64,000 nt of DNA from Squalus acanthias (GCA_030390025.1 CM059431.1:123940001-124004000), one strand, 5' to 3'; counted from the stretch's first letter, positions 1-12,662 are shown. The notes: generated from the sequence alone by a model not told the origin. Translations and numbers: made by a program.

Positions 1-339
1 TCCTGCTGTCAGAAGTATTAACACGGATACTATGGGTAGCTGCAATTGAGCTTGTTAAGTCACAGTTAAATGCCAATTGAGCTTATCTTCTGTACTTCCA
101 AGTTCCTAAGTTTTGTCCATTCCTAGCCCATATTTGCATTTTGGACAACAAATGTGAAATGAACTGGCAGTGTTCTGCAAGGGATCAGAAGTATGTTAGA
201 GCTTTGGTGCACGCTATGTTATCGTCTCCATGGCAGCATGGTTGCTGCATTTAATGCCTTGTTATTGAATTATTTTGAGGAGGAGGACAGCCTAGAGACG
301 GCAGTGGGCAGAGGAGAGGGTGTATCGAACCTGTCAGTA

Positions 340-870
340 GCCCTGACGCAGCTACCACAATCTCACTGAGGAGCAAGGCTTCAGAAGGCTGGATCACAGC
401 AGGGAGGCAGTCACTGATTTATGCCACCTTTGCAATTTGTACACCGCTCCTGAACACAATTACTTACAGGAAAGGGTTCGAGTCAGTCAACGTTCAGATG
501 GTATGAAACCACTGGCAGATGATCATGCATGTTAATCCATGCATTTTTGAGAATCACAGATAATGGACAATTAGTGTGATGATCCTTACTGCCACAATTA
601 TTGAAAGATGAAATAAGGCTTGAAATTTTATTCATGGGAGACCCTGACTCCCCTCTACCACTCCGGTTAATGACACCTGTGTGGAGCCTTCATATTCCAG
701 TGGAAAATAACTATAACAAGGTACTTGAACAAACATTGACCATGACATTTGAGATACTGAGACAACTTTGTGGTAATTTAGATCATTCAAGGGGAGCATG
801 ACAGTATGGGCCAGAGTCACAGTATCATGAATTGTAATAGTAAGTTCCACGCTACACAATTTAGGCATAG
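340..870 (+). pseudogene. Highly degenerate PIF/Harbinger (HARBI1-like) transposase relic
   Basis: Fragments SYHNLTEEQGFRRLDHSREAVTDLCHL, SVNVQMV, MGDPDSPLPLRLMTPV, LDHSRGA*QYGPE and STLHNLGI are colinear with the transposases at 6652-7830 and 29622-30782. Many indels and stops. Confidence 0.75.
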
Positions 871-1863
871 ATAGAGACCACACCCTGCAAGCAGCTGAGG
901 AGCATCAAGAAGCTGGAGAGGAGCATGAGGATATGATGTGCTGGAGACCCCAGGAGCAAACAAGCCAACATATGATGAGAGATTGGGTCTTGAGGTGCAA
1001 ATTGGCACCACTTTCAGGTGGATAATGCAGACATAACAGTCAACATTCCCCACTAGAAAACAAATTCAATCAAACAGCAAGATTTCCACCAAATCAAGAT
1101 TCTTGACTAGACAGAGTCTCCAGAAAAATCCATATTTCACACAACATGTCAGCAGAACAATTCCTAAAATGAAGGTCCTATTTCCTTCAACCTTTTGTCT
1201 TGTATATGCAACATTATAATTCCCAGTTCTATTGGCTGCTTTCCTGATGAGCACAGGCCAAATCCAACATTACGCTCCCACCACCCTGTTCACATCTTAA
1301 TCCCAACCTCAGAAGATTTTCTACTGCATCAGTGTGTTTTTTAATCTATTTTTCATATGGTGTACACTATTGGCCTCTGAGTGAGATTACTCATTTATTA
1401 TAGTTTGATGAAGCATCATTATTCAGTTCATGGCCATGAGGAACTGGTTGAAACTAATCTAGGGCCCTTACAGTCAGCCGAAGAAATTACCTTTTTATCT
1501 ATCAGTCAAGGCTGAGGTAACCATGCAATGTACTAACATACTTTTTTCACCCAATTTCCTTTTTAATTACTCTGCTATCATTAATGTCAAGTGATACTCC
1601 AAGTGCAAACTAAATATACATACAAACACATCTTGCTGGTGTTGAATCTCACCCAACCACTGCCGCTTGGGAAATTGAGACCTATGTAAATTATTATGTT
1701 CTTAATATTTCCTTAACTTTATTTATCTATCATTAAACTAAGGCAATTGTTCAGAAGCATGTTATATCATAGAATCATACAATCGATATTTGCTAATGAA
1801 ATTGGTTTATAATTGAACACCTTAAAATGTCTTTTTAGCTTTTGTCACACTGTAATACATCGT

Positions 1864-1942
1864 AGTCTCATTATATCTGGTGAATAGCCCTTCTGCCAAG
1901 CTTCATTTGGCAGTGGGACCATTTACCAGATATAATGAGGCT
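1864..1942. repeat. ~79-bp near-perfect inverted repeat (hairpin)
   Basis: CTCATTATATCTGGTGAAT (1867-1885) pairs with ATTTACCAGATATAATGAG (1921-1939) at 18/19. Inner CTGCCAA/TTGGCAG arms close a 7-nt loop. Confidence 0.85.
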
Positions 1943-2589
1943 TGAATAGTGCAGGAGCTGTTTAGGCAGGCATTGATCTTTTCAAGTCAGTTGGGAAGCA
2001 ACGGAAACCTAAAGTTTACCTCTGTTTGTCTGATTAATTGTCCATTTACATTTTAAAATTCTGAAATGTTTTTCTAAGTTTCCCATTGTTCTTGAACAAT
2101 ATTTGAAATATTCAAAATCATCTTTGGCACAACATTATGTTGAGTGATGGGAGATACTACTGCCCCCCATCCCCCCTGAAATTCCTGATCCGTATTTTTA
2201 TGGTTAACTAAGGACAAGTCATCTGAAATGTAAGTAGATAAAATCAAGGATACAGCATCAGCATTCTAGAGTTTACCGGCTGAATTCTTCGCTCATTGGT
2301 TGTTGGCAGCAGAGTGGGAAATCCATTCCCAAAAAGAATCCATTGCCATTGCAGTCCCGGGACTCTCATTTGCTGAGCAGGGTGGGTTTGGAGAGGAAAT
2401 ACCACTCTTGATAGGCTGACCACTGCTGGGCGAGAAGGGGAATTCAGTTCTGGTGGAGATTTTAGAAGGCTGCAGCCAGCTAAATGGGTGCACCACTTCC
2501 TCAGCAGCATAAAAAGGACAATAGCAATGACTAAATCAGCAGCAGCAGCAACAACAACATCCTCAACGGGTCAACAGTTGCAAAGGGCT

Positions 2590-2792
2590 ACCAGAATCTT
2601 TGGAGGTGTTTCTGGCTGAAGAGAGAGCCAGAAGAGACCGCATGCAAGAGCACTGAGGGTAGGTAGCCCCATAAAAGGGTGGTGCAGGCTGTCTCGGGAG
2701 AGGTGGCAGAGGCAGTCAGAGCAACCTGCACCATCTCAAAGGCTACCACAAAGTGCAAAAAGAGGTTCAGTGACTACACAAAGGTGGTCAAG
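2590..2792 (+). pseudogene. Degenerate exon 1 of a Harbinger Myb/SANT partner gene
   Basis: EVAEAVRATCTISKATTKCKKRFSDYTKVVK is followed by GTAAGT (2793), the same phase-0 donor position as in the two intact partner genes. A degenerate exon-3-like tract probably runs on to ~4046. Confidence 0.65.
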
Positions 2793-4353
2793 GTAAGTCA
2801 AGGCACTGTTGCCAATGAACATCCTCTATCACTCATACAATGTTCACACACTTTATTAGCTATCATAATCTTTCTCTCTCAGCATCTGGATATCTGGGAA
2901 CTCAGTTCAGCAAAAAGCAATCTTTGCCCACCTTTTTTATTCAGAGCCACTCTGCCAGCTCAGATTGCCTGAAGGTTAACAAAAGCTGGGAAAAGCTCAT
3001 CATAGGCAGTGAGAGCTTTATGCGGTTTCCCAAAGTACTGTACTGCCCTCACACTCAGCCACTATTTCTTCAAGGGGCAATGTCATTGTGTGTGCAGCTA
3101 AATAAGTTGTTCTATGTTTCACATCATAAGGGATGCTCTGAAGGAAAAGGCTAAGCATGACAATGACCACCCAGGCACCTCCACTGGGGAAGTTGCTGTC
3201 AGATCCACAGCCTCAATGGCTGGTACTTCCTCTCAACTCCATCATGTCATCTTACTTGCACAAGTACCAGCACTGAGACATCCAGTGTGAATCAGTAAGG
3301 GTGTCACTGGATGAGGCACTGAGCACTGATGAGCATGACTGGTGGAAGAGAGGGCGAGTGCTATTCCTCCATGGAGGATGGAGAAATGGCCATCCTCAGC
3401 TGAGGAGCCGAGAGATCCAGGTGTTATGTCTCTATATAAGCTATGATTATGGAGCACTAATCTCATGGGGAGGCAGCAGGGATGGTTGAGATTGGAGGAG
3501 TCCACTACCCATATTGCAAAATATTGCAGGAAACTTCCTGGAGACTGTGGCAACCCAGGAGATTTCTGTAATTGAGACACCACAAGCAGCTTCTAAGGAC
3601 ATTGGTAGTATTGGTAGTGGAGGCTATCAGTCCTGCTATAGATGTTTTGAAAGGAAGACTTTAGCAGGGCTTCCAAGATCTGGTTGGGACGTCCAGTTGC
3701 TTATCTGAGCCTGTGACACCTGTGGTGGACTGCAAGGATTGGGCACCATTATCACTATTTCTCTGCAGAGTGGCATTGAGCTAAGCCTTAAGGCCCTCGT
3801 CAATGCCTACAAGAGGGAGCTTCAGGCAAGGTCACAGCACACCTTAATACTGCAAGAGAAAGGCCTCCAGAAGCTGATCTTCTGAAATAGCTGCTTCCCT
3901 GAGATAAGAGTCACCTCAGGCCTCTAAGACTCCAGGTGGACAATCCCAGCCAAGCACCACACAACATTATCTCACTCAGAGACGACTGCATAGGAGTAGC
4001 AGATTAGTAGCAAGGGTAAATTAGCTGGCACAAAGGGTAGACATAAGGGGAGAAATTCGGTTGATTAGCGCCTCCCGTTAGCGCCTCCGGGGGGCGCTAA
4101 TGGGACGCAAATGACTTACCGCCCGGGCGCGGCGATGCTAGTGCCGCCGGTGAAATGCACCTGGTGGTTTGTGGTGGCGCTAACATTAACGCCACGATCT
4201 CCTGCGCCCAGAGATCGTGACATTATCCAGCCGTGCATCACCCCGGTAGCGCCCCAGAGCGGAAATTCATTGTCACCCCCTGCCTCAGTGCCTGCCATTA
4301 GGAGCAACAGGTAGAGGAGGTGGTTTGCAGTCGGCTGGGAGCAGCAGGAGCTC

Positions 4354-4361
4354 TATTTAAA
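4354..4361 (+). promoter_or_regulatory. Putative TATA-like box of the Harbinger transposase gene
   Basis: TATTTAAA occurs at the same relative position in element A, the derivative (11052-11059) and element B (30977-30984, minus strand). Confidence 0.45.
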
Positions 4362-4450
4362 GGCGTGAACTCATGGTTTTTTTTGTCGGCAAACAATGCT
4401 GCCTTGTCACTTTGACAGAAGCAGACAGGCGTTTTGACCCATTTGAGGTT

Positions 4451-6561
4451 TGTAAGGGTTTTTTGTCTCTCAACCTGTGAGATTCGTGTGGCTCTGTGCA
4501 GCCCGGATGCTAGTGCGGGTTTAGGCCTTGTTGCCTGTTCTGGTCTCCAGCCAGTCTGGGAGCACTAGACACCTGTGAGTGGTTCGACCCACTCGCCCTT
4601 ACGGTTCTGACACTGGACTTAGATGCGAGAGCAGTAATGGAGAGAAAACTCAGGTAGACCCGGTTGAATGGTACGAAATGGAAAATCTTTATTGCATATT
4701 ATTTAAGATTACGAAATACATGTCATAAGCACAGATTAATGACAGTACAATCTTACACGCAGTTATGTCACTAATTTCAGGGAAACGAGGAACGAACGAC
4801 ACATTGTAAAAAGGAGAACACATTATATTTATCCTTAATAAAACCACCCTCCCCTATTAATACCTACACCAATCTAGATTTGTAGGATCAAGGAAGCATG
4901 CTCACCAGTCGTGATACTTCGGAGAATTTTAAAGTAAGGCACTCGGCTCGTTTCGCTGCAGTTCTTTCTTGTATTTTCGGTCACGGTCGGGGTTTACTGA
5001 CCGTGGCGGTACGTGGATTCTTCTCCTCTTCTTCTCGTCTCGTCTCGTAGTCAACAGAGTCCAGAGAAAAACAGAAGGCTGCTCGTCCAGCAGAGCGATA
5101 CCCGAGGATCAGAATAGGAGAATAAAAGTTCAGCAGTCATCAGCGAGATCAATCAGTCAAGAGTCCAGCCCGAGTCAAGAGTCAGCAGAGATATAAGTCG
5201 AATCCAGAGAATAAGCCCTTGATGGACATTTGTTCACTATAGTTATAGTGCTGTGTTCCCTTATCTCCCGCTCAAATCTTAATGTTTGTCCTTTGTGAAA
5301 TGCTGGTGCACAAAACTCCCAGCATGGGGCGATTCTTTCCTTTAATGGGTTTTGGTAGCACCTTAAACTGGCCAAGTAACCGTTAATGTTTTCCCCATTG
5401 TCGAGCCGGCTAGGAGTCTCCCTGACTGGGCTTGGGGCCTTCTCGAATACTGATATGTGTATTGCTGTGTCTGGATGGGCCTTCGATTGCCCAGTACAAT
5501 GGTCCTTACTTGTGCATGGAAAATGATTCCAGCACTTATATCTTTGCTATTGTGTCGAATGTAGACAGGTTGCATCCTGTCTTTATCAGTGTTTGCTGCG
5601 TATTAACCAATCTGATACTGAAATGTTTATTCGAATGCCATCTTGTCTGCCCACTGTATTCTGGAAGCTTCTGCCACGATGCTCGGCGGCCACCTCACAG
5701 GCTGCCCGTGTCCACCCCGAAAACCTGACAGCATTCTGCTGAAACAAAGCCGCTCGAACAAAACTATGGGCCGAAAATTGATCCCAGGACGCGAGAGTAC
5801 GCACTGCATACTCTCGCGTATTCCCACTCCAATTGCCGGTTTTCTGCATGCCCTGCGCATGCGCTGAAAACCGGCAATTGCTCTTCCGAAAAGGGGGCGG
5901 GGCCGGAGTGCATCGCGTGCGAGCTACAGGCTGCGCGCACGCTGTGCACTTCATGCTTTGGACGCGCAGGTAAGTACTGAAGATTTTGGAAATGTAAAAA
6001 GGAGGAGTAAGACCCGCTTTTAAGAAGGTAAGTAGTGAATTAAGTATTTTTTTGAATTTTTTTTTACAGGTATATCTTTTTTATAGACTTTAAAGACAGG
6101 TAAGTTTATTTTTATAACTTTTTAAAAGATTTTAAATTTTTTCAAAAATTTAATTTTTTATTTAAAATGGTTAATTTAATTAACTATACTTATTTTATTA
6201 ATGTGATGGGTTTTTTTTTAAATTTAATTGAGGTTTAGCTGTTATTTTGGGGGGGTGTAAGATTCATAAGTCTCTCAGCCATGCTGTGAGACTTATGAAT
6301 GGAAGATGGTGTGCTGCCATTGGCTCTAACTGAGTCACGTGATCCCACAGCTCGCACGAATTAACTACGCCGCTGGGATACGCAAGCCCAGCACAGCTGA
6401 TGCCTGGAACATCAATTTCGTGCGAGCTGGATCAGAAAAAGCATAAGCGAGGTGAGACATCGCGGGAAAGGCTTACCCCCGCGGGAACAGAGCGAGATCA
6501 ATTTCTGGGCCTATGTGTTTTCTCCTTATTTATAAAATCGCGATATATTGCGAATTCTACA
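4451..6561 (-). mobile_element. Solo LTR (~1.36 kb after removing the nested MITE), antisense in the transposase leader
   Basis: Termini TGTAAG...TTCTACA. Exact 4-bp TSD GGTT (4447-4450 and 6562-6565). Minus-strand AATAAAGATT near 4684-4693. Absent from the homologous leader of element B. Confidence 0.8.
5768..6511. mobile_element. Harbinger-type MITE with AT-rich core, nested in the solo LTR
   Basis: 16-bp imperfect TIRs GGGCCGAAAATTGATC / GATCAATTTCTGGGCC. TSD TAT (5765-5767, 6512-6514). Related to 36713-37432 and 62367-63124. Confidence 0.85.
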
Positions 6562-6651
6562 GGTTTTCCTGCTTGAAGGAATTTTGCTCCTGAGAAAAAT
6601 TTATCAGGTTCATTTGTCTTATTTTTGATACTGCAACATTTCCAACACTTA

Positions 6652-7830
6652 ATGGGGGCTGTACTAGCACGGGACCTCGCCCCCCAGCTTCACCGTCGGA
6701 GGCAGCAGAGGCAGAGAGAAAGATTGGAAAACGTGGCCAGAGTGAGGAGGGCCAACAGAGCTTTCAACAGGAGACCTTACCCTCCCAGCGGATTCCAGGA
6801 GCAGTTTTCCTACATTCATCTCTCAGAGGAGCAGTGCCTTAGAAGACTCCGCTTCAGCAAGGAGGTGGTCACAGAGCTCTGCCACCTCCTGCAGCCAGAG
6901 CTCCAGCCTCAGCTCAGGACCAGGACGTCTCTCTCAGTGGCAGTGAAGGTGACGGTGGCTCTTAATTTCTACGCCAGCGGCTCCTTCCAAGCTTCAACAG
7001 GGGATATTGCAAACATTTCACAGTTCGCCATCCATTGCTGCATCTGGGAAGTGACAGATGTTTTGCACAGAAGGAGAAGGGAGTACATCTCATTCCCCAT
7101 GACCAGAGACAAACAGGATGAACGCTCATGTGGCTTTGCAAGGATAGCGGGCTTCCGCTTGGTTCAGGGCACCATTGACTGCACCCACGTGGCATTGCGG
7201 GCACCTCATCACAATGCAAAGGTGTTCCGCAACCGCAAAGACTACCACTTTCTGAATGTGCAGTTGGTGTGCGACCACAGACAGCACATCCTCACCGTCA
7301 GTGTCTGCTATCGTGGCATCAGCCACGATGCATTCATCCTGCGACAGACTGGTGTCCCAGCATTGTTCCACCCACCACATGAAGCTCGCGGCTGGCTGCT
7401 TGGAGACAAGGGTTATCCACTCGCCACCTGGCTGATGACACCCCTCCGCAACCCCAACACTCCTGCTTAGCATACTTACAATGAGAGACATAGCACAACC
7501 AGGAACCTAATCGAACAGACTATCGGCGTGCTAAAGCAACGGCTCCGCTGCCTTGACCGCTCTGGAGGAGCCCTGCAGTACTCCCCTGATCGCGTCTCCC
7601 TTTTCATTGTTGTGTGCTGCATGCTGCACAACCTGGCCATTCTGAGGGCCCAGCCATTGCCACCAGGGATTGCAGGTCCACCTCAGGAGGAGGAAGAGGG
7701 ACAGGAGAAGGAGGAGGCGGAGGAGGAGGATGAAGAGGAGGAGGAGCAGCAGAAACGTAGGAGGGGGCCACTCAATGTTGCGTCTGCAAGGGCCGTTCAT
7801 GATCGCCTCATTACACAGCGCTTCCAATAA
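6652..7830 (+). pseudogene. Harbinger DDE transposase (HARBI1-like) with one in-frame TAG at 7468-7470
   Basis: ATG GGG GCT start. Motifs GTIDCTHV, SHDAFIL, LGDKGYPL, LIEQTIGVLK, CCMLHN and an acidic tail. ORFs 6625-7470 and 7528-7830 share one frame. Confidence 0.9.
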
Positions 7831-8139
7831 ATGAGATAGCACATGGCATTTGCACAGAACAACCACATCATTACAGCCAGCTCGCAGCCCCTATCACCGG
7901 GCAAAGCTCAAATGAGAAACATCACAAAATGTGCTACGTTGAAATAAACATTTATTATTCTGCACAACTCTCTCTTATCAAACACAACCAATAATAAACA
8001 AACACACAATATATGAACAAACACAATTGGTTCTTAGCAAACGGAACTATTTCTTACCAAACTGAACAATATATTTACAAACACATCAACTGTTGTACAC
8101 ACACTCCCCCAATTTGCTATTTTATTTACTGGGCCTTCC

Positions 8140-9983
8140 TCAATGATTTCCCTCCCCTTTGCAATTCCCCCCTCCCAACCTTACTGCTCCCCCGTAATGT
8201 GGCCCCAGTGGCTGCAGCAAGGCTGGTGGAAGGCTGCTGAGTCTGGGAGCCAGAGACTGCAGATGGCCTTGCAGGACGCCCTCGACCAGCTCTGGGCCAG
8301 CTGCAGACTGCACAAATTCGGTATGTGCGGCAGCAATCTGGGTTGGCTGGGTTACAGGCTGTGGCAAGTGCAATGGTGGAGTGGCAGTGGTGGGAGCAGG
8401 AATGCTGTCATTCTGAGAGAGGGCAGCACCTTCCTGCTCGACCAACACACTGCCACTCCCCCGGAGTAGAACCTCAGCATCTGGAGCAATCTGCTCGAGC
8501 ACAGATTGCTGGCCTGCTGCGGCACCGTGAGATCCCTGGTGGACTGTGGGCGACCCAGCGACAATGACAGCAGTCAGCGCTTGCGTGGCATCAATCGGGG
8601 ACTGCATGAGAGCAGTCTGAGAATGGATAGCACCAACCAATGACTCCATTAGAGGACTAAGCCATTGTGTTGCTTCGGCCTGTGCTGCAATAGCTGCTGC
8701 CACCTCACCGATGACACGCGGCATGAGGTCTGGGTCCCCACGGTCTCTCTGCAAGTCAACTATCCTCTGCAAAGTGCCAAGGATGGGCTCGAAGGTGGAC
8801 TCTTCCACGCTCCTAGCCAGTGCATCCATGCTCTCGGGCACTCTTGCCATTGTACCCATGAGCTCAGTATGCATGCTTATCGCCTGTGTGGTCATCGCCT
8901 CGACATCGAGGTCCTCATCTGAGTCCTGTGCAGCAGAACTCGCGCGCACACTCACCCTCCGGGGAGATGGCCCCCGAGCTTCCCTTTCCCCATGGCATTG
9001 CTGCAGCCCGCTGGGTCCTGAAGCTTCACCTACATCAGAGCCATTTCCTCTGCTCCCCTCCAGTGACCGCATGGCCCCATTATCGGATGTCTCACCCTCG
9101 GGAGACACAGGCAGTGAGGCTCCGGCTTGGTGTTCATCCTCCTCTCCCACGTCGCTGCCACTGGGAGGCTGAGGGACAGGCTGGTCAGATGGTGGCTGAT
9201 TATCTGAAAGCATTAAGGCACAAGAGTGGGTTTAACCTCAGGGGAGGGGGGCAGGAAGGGAGCAAGGAATGGAGACAGTATACTTAGATGGAAAGTGGGA
9301 AGGGCTTGAGTTGTGAGGGGGAAGTGGTATGAGAGAAGAAGGAGTGGTGATGAACATACTGTTGTTGTTCCCAAGGGGGTCGACCTCTCCGACTACCACA
9401 GCGCCCATGACCTGGGCCGCAATGATGTTGTGCACTCGCTCCTCCAGGTCTGTAAGGGGGTGCAGCTCTGCCTGACCTCCTCCTGTGCATTGCTGCTTCC
9501 TCCTGTTATGAGCAAGCTTGGCCTGCAAGAAAAAGGACAGCGTATGAGTGAGTGTGCAGCCATGCGTTTGGCAGATGTGCCTACCATAGTTAATGTATGC
9601 AAGGTGTGAGATGTGGATGTGACTTTTAGCAGATGGGTATAGTTGGTGGGTGAGTGTTGGGGATTTGGCGGTTTATACCGTCTGTGCACAGAGTGAGGTT
9701 GAGATGGTGGGATGTAGAGGTTTTTGAAGCATGTACTCACCCTGACCACCCGAGTGAGGTCGTTGAACTTCTTGCGGCAATGGGTGGGAGTCCTGTGGAT
9801 CACACTTCTGGCCGAGACGTACTGGGCGACCTCCCTCCACATCCTCCTGAAGTCCTGTGGCAATGGCCTCCTGCCAGTGTCCGGGAAGAGCACTGCCCGT
9901 CGAAGTTCCACAGCCACAACCAGAGCCTCCAATGCCTGGTCGCTGAACCGGTGAGCTCTCTCCCTGGGCCTCTGAGCAGCCAT
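8140..9983 (-). CDS. Harbinger Myb/SANT-like DNA-binding partner, 3 exons (9983-9741, 9522-9360, 9203-8140); C-terminus frameshifted relative to element B
   Basis: RAHRFSDQALEAL...WREVAQ...RTPTHCRKKFNDL. Canonical GTGAGT/TTGCAG and GTATGT/TTTCAG sites. Exon 1 is 243 nt and exon 2 is 163 nt, and they splice in frame into ORF 8140-9213. A 10-nt deletion near 8298 changes the tail. Confidence 0.8.
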
Positions 9984-10790
9984 GAGATTTGTGGTTGATG
10001 GATTGCAGCTCCTTGCAGGCCCAGTTCACAAGCAGCAATGATCAGAGTGAGGCTGTGCAGCATGATTAAACCTCCCCTTTAAGAACTGGAAGGCGCCAGT
10101 CTGTCTGAGTGCTTGCAATTGACAGCGCCGGAACTTGAGTAGCGCTCTGCGGAAACGCCCTGCTCACCGACGTTAGCGCCCGAAGAGAAGTGTGTAGCGC
10201 CTGATTTAACGCTCCATTTCCCTCTTGGGGCACTAAAACTCAATTTTGCGGTCGCCAGGCGCTAAAGTTTGCACCCGGGCGATGTTAGCACCCCAAAATG
10301 GTCGATAACTAATTTTTTCCCCAAATAGTGTTCAGAAGTAGTTGTGCATACGGTGATTGAAATATCTGGCACTTTTTGGAGAATATTATATTCTGTAGCA
10401 TAACCATAGCATGTGCACAGAACTCTGAGTTCATTTCTGTGTGTGCTTTCTCTTTTTGGAGGTTTGGATGATGGCAGGGAATTTAGTGGGGTGGGGGGGT
10501 TTGACTCAGAGTAGGCTTCCTGCACGAAGGCACTCCTGCAACTTAATTACCTGCCTGCCAGTGATTTTAACTGCTGGGCCTCATTTAAACTCCATCGGTC
10601 CACTTCCTGACTGGAACAATCCAACAGATCCAAAGAAATTAAAGGTAACTTTAAGTGGCACAGACAGCGCTGTTCTACGTGCGGAAGTGAACAGCGAGCA
10701 GTTGGCATATATCCCCAATAATCCCTGGGTGGAATTGCAGCCTTCTGAGGCAGAGACAGTCAAAAAAGTCCAAAGTATTAAAGAGATCAC

Positions 10791-11637
10791 GGGGGAAAAA
10801 TTCAGTTGGTTGCGCCTCCCATTAGCGCAAAGCAACTAGCGCCCGGGCGCGGCGATGTTTGCGCCGCTCGCGAAATTAACTAGACATTTTGCGGCGGCGC
10901 TGAACACTACTGCCACGATCTCCTGCGCCAGCAGATCATGACGTCAGTCGAGTGCACAACGCCCCGGTAGCGCCCCCTGTCTTACCGCTTGCCGCTAGCA
11001 ACGACAGGTTGAGGGGAGTGTTTTGCAGTCAGGAACGGACTGGGGGAGCGCTATTTAAAGGCGAACGCTTCCTGCCTTTTTTTGTTGGTGACATTTTTGC
11101 ACTACGCATTCTGAGTGAGAGAGAGAGAGAGACATCTGGAGAGATTCAACGCTGTGTGAAGGAGTTTTGGGTACTGAGCAGCAATTTGCAGGTTCATTTT
11201 GATTTGCCCTTCCTTGCATCTATTTAGAAGAGACTGTGGGGGCTGCACTCTGAGCTCTTTACCTGGTTCTCTCCATTGTTCTTTCCAGCAGATTTGATGT
11301 ACAGGTCTCTCCAGGCCGAGATTCCAGGCTGCAATGAGCAGGATGTAGATGGAGAGCAAGATCGACCCTCCCCTTTAAGAACTGGCCCGTGCCATTGCGT
11401 CTCTGTTCCATTGCTGACTGACATCACATGAGCTTCGCCAGCGCTCTGAGGTAGCGCCTCGCTCCTCGGCCTTTGCGCCTTAAGACAGGTGTGAAGCGCC
11501 TGATTTAGCGCTCCAATCACCTCCAGGGGCGATAAAAGCCAAGTTTGCAGTCGGAGGCGATAATTAGCGCTAGGCGCTAATCTTTGCGCCCGGCCGATAA
11601 TTGCGCCCCAAATGGGGCGATACTGAATTTTCCCCCC
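10791..11637 (+). mobile_element. Non-autonomous Harbinger deletion derivative
   Basis: TIRs GGGGGAAAAATTCAGT / ACTGAATTTTCCCCCC (15/16). TSD CAC. The left half matches the transposase leader of A/B and the right half the Myb-gene leader. Confidence 0.9.
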
Positions 11638-12359
11638 CACTATTCAGTCAAAGTAAAAAGTAATACCAACCTTCAGTAGCAGCCTCCTCCATGCGGAATC
11701 CATTTTAATATCATCCTGCAGCTTCGACTGCCATTACATAATGGCGGTAATTATTTGGGGTCAAATTGTGGAAATGGGTCACAGGGATTAGATGAGGGAA
11801 GGGTACTGGTGCTTTTTGGGAAGGATAGTTCAGTTGCAGTTTTTTTGCTCTGTCCCGCCCCCTCCCTCCCCCCCCTCCCAAATCAAATCTTTTCCACCAA
11901 TATTTTTCCAACATCATTCTATTAGTTTCTTTCTTCCTGAAGCAAAACAAGTTTAATGACCATACAGTGCAGTCGTAGCAATGTCCCATAAAGCAGCAGG
12001 ATAAATGGACAGATTAGTATTACCTTCTGTATTCTTTTTCCACTTCGGAAAAGAAAAGAAACTGTGATCCGGCATAAGGCATTGCTTAGCTGCTATTTTG
12101 GTTGGTGAGATTTATAAACAAATTGATCAAAGCTCAATTAGAAATTCTAATTTGTTTTAATTAACTACCCAAAACCATCTGTGTTAGAGGTGAAGGGGGG
12201 AATTTTTCTTTGAATTCCATCTGATATCAGGTGATACACTTAACGTAAAATAAAGGAAAATGGGGCCAGGAGACCTTAGGCCTAAAGTCCGCCCCTAAAA
12301 ATACCCACCAGAGTTTTTCTCTGCCTTCTCTCTGTTGCATGGCAGTCTGCCCACCCATT

Positions 12360-12662
12360 AGGAACATAGGAACAGGAGTAGGCCATTCAGCCCCTTGAGC
12401 CTTTACTGCCAATCAATTAGATCATGGTTGATCTGTACCTTAAGTCCATTTACCCGCCTTAGCTCCATATCCCTGAATACCATTGCCTAACAAAAAACTA
12501 TCAATTGCAGTTTTGAAATTTTCAATTGATCAACCTAAACAACTTTGAGGGAGAAAGCTCCAGATATCCACTACCCTTTCTGTGAAGAAATGCTTCCTGA
12601 CATCACCCCTGAGTGGCCTCGCTCTAATTTTATGGTTATTCCCCCTAGTTCTGGGCTCCCCC
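12360..12662 (-). mobile_element. CR1 LINE 3' fragment
   Basis: Minus-strand GEPRTRGNNHKIRARPLRGDVRKHFFTERVV, plus a CR1 3' tail (GGCCTACTCCTGTTCCTATGTTCCT). Confidence 0.8.

Larger units (their letters stand above)
4047..10322 (+). mobile_element. PIF/Harbinger DNA transposon A (two convergent genes), with a nested solo LTR and MITE
   Basis: TIRs GGGGAGAAATT (4047) and AATTTTTTCCCC (10311-10322). Flanks TAA/AAA (3-bp TSD, 1 mismatch). GC-rich TAGCGCC-type subterminal repeats. Transposase on +, Myb/SANT gene on -. Confidence 0.9.
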
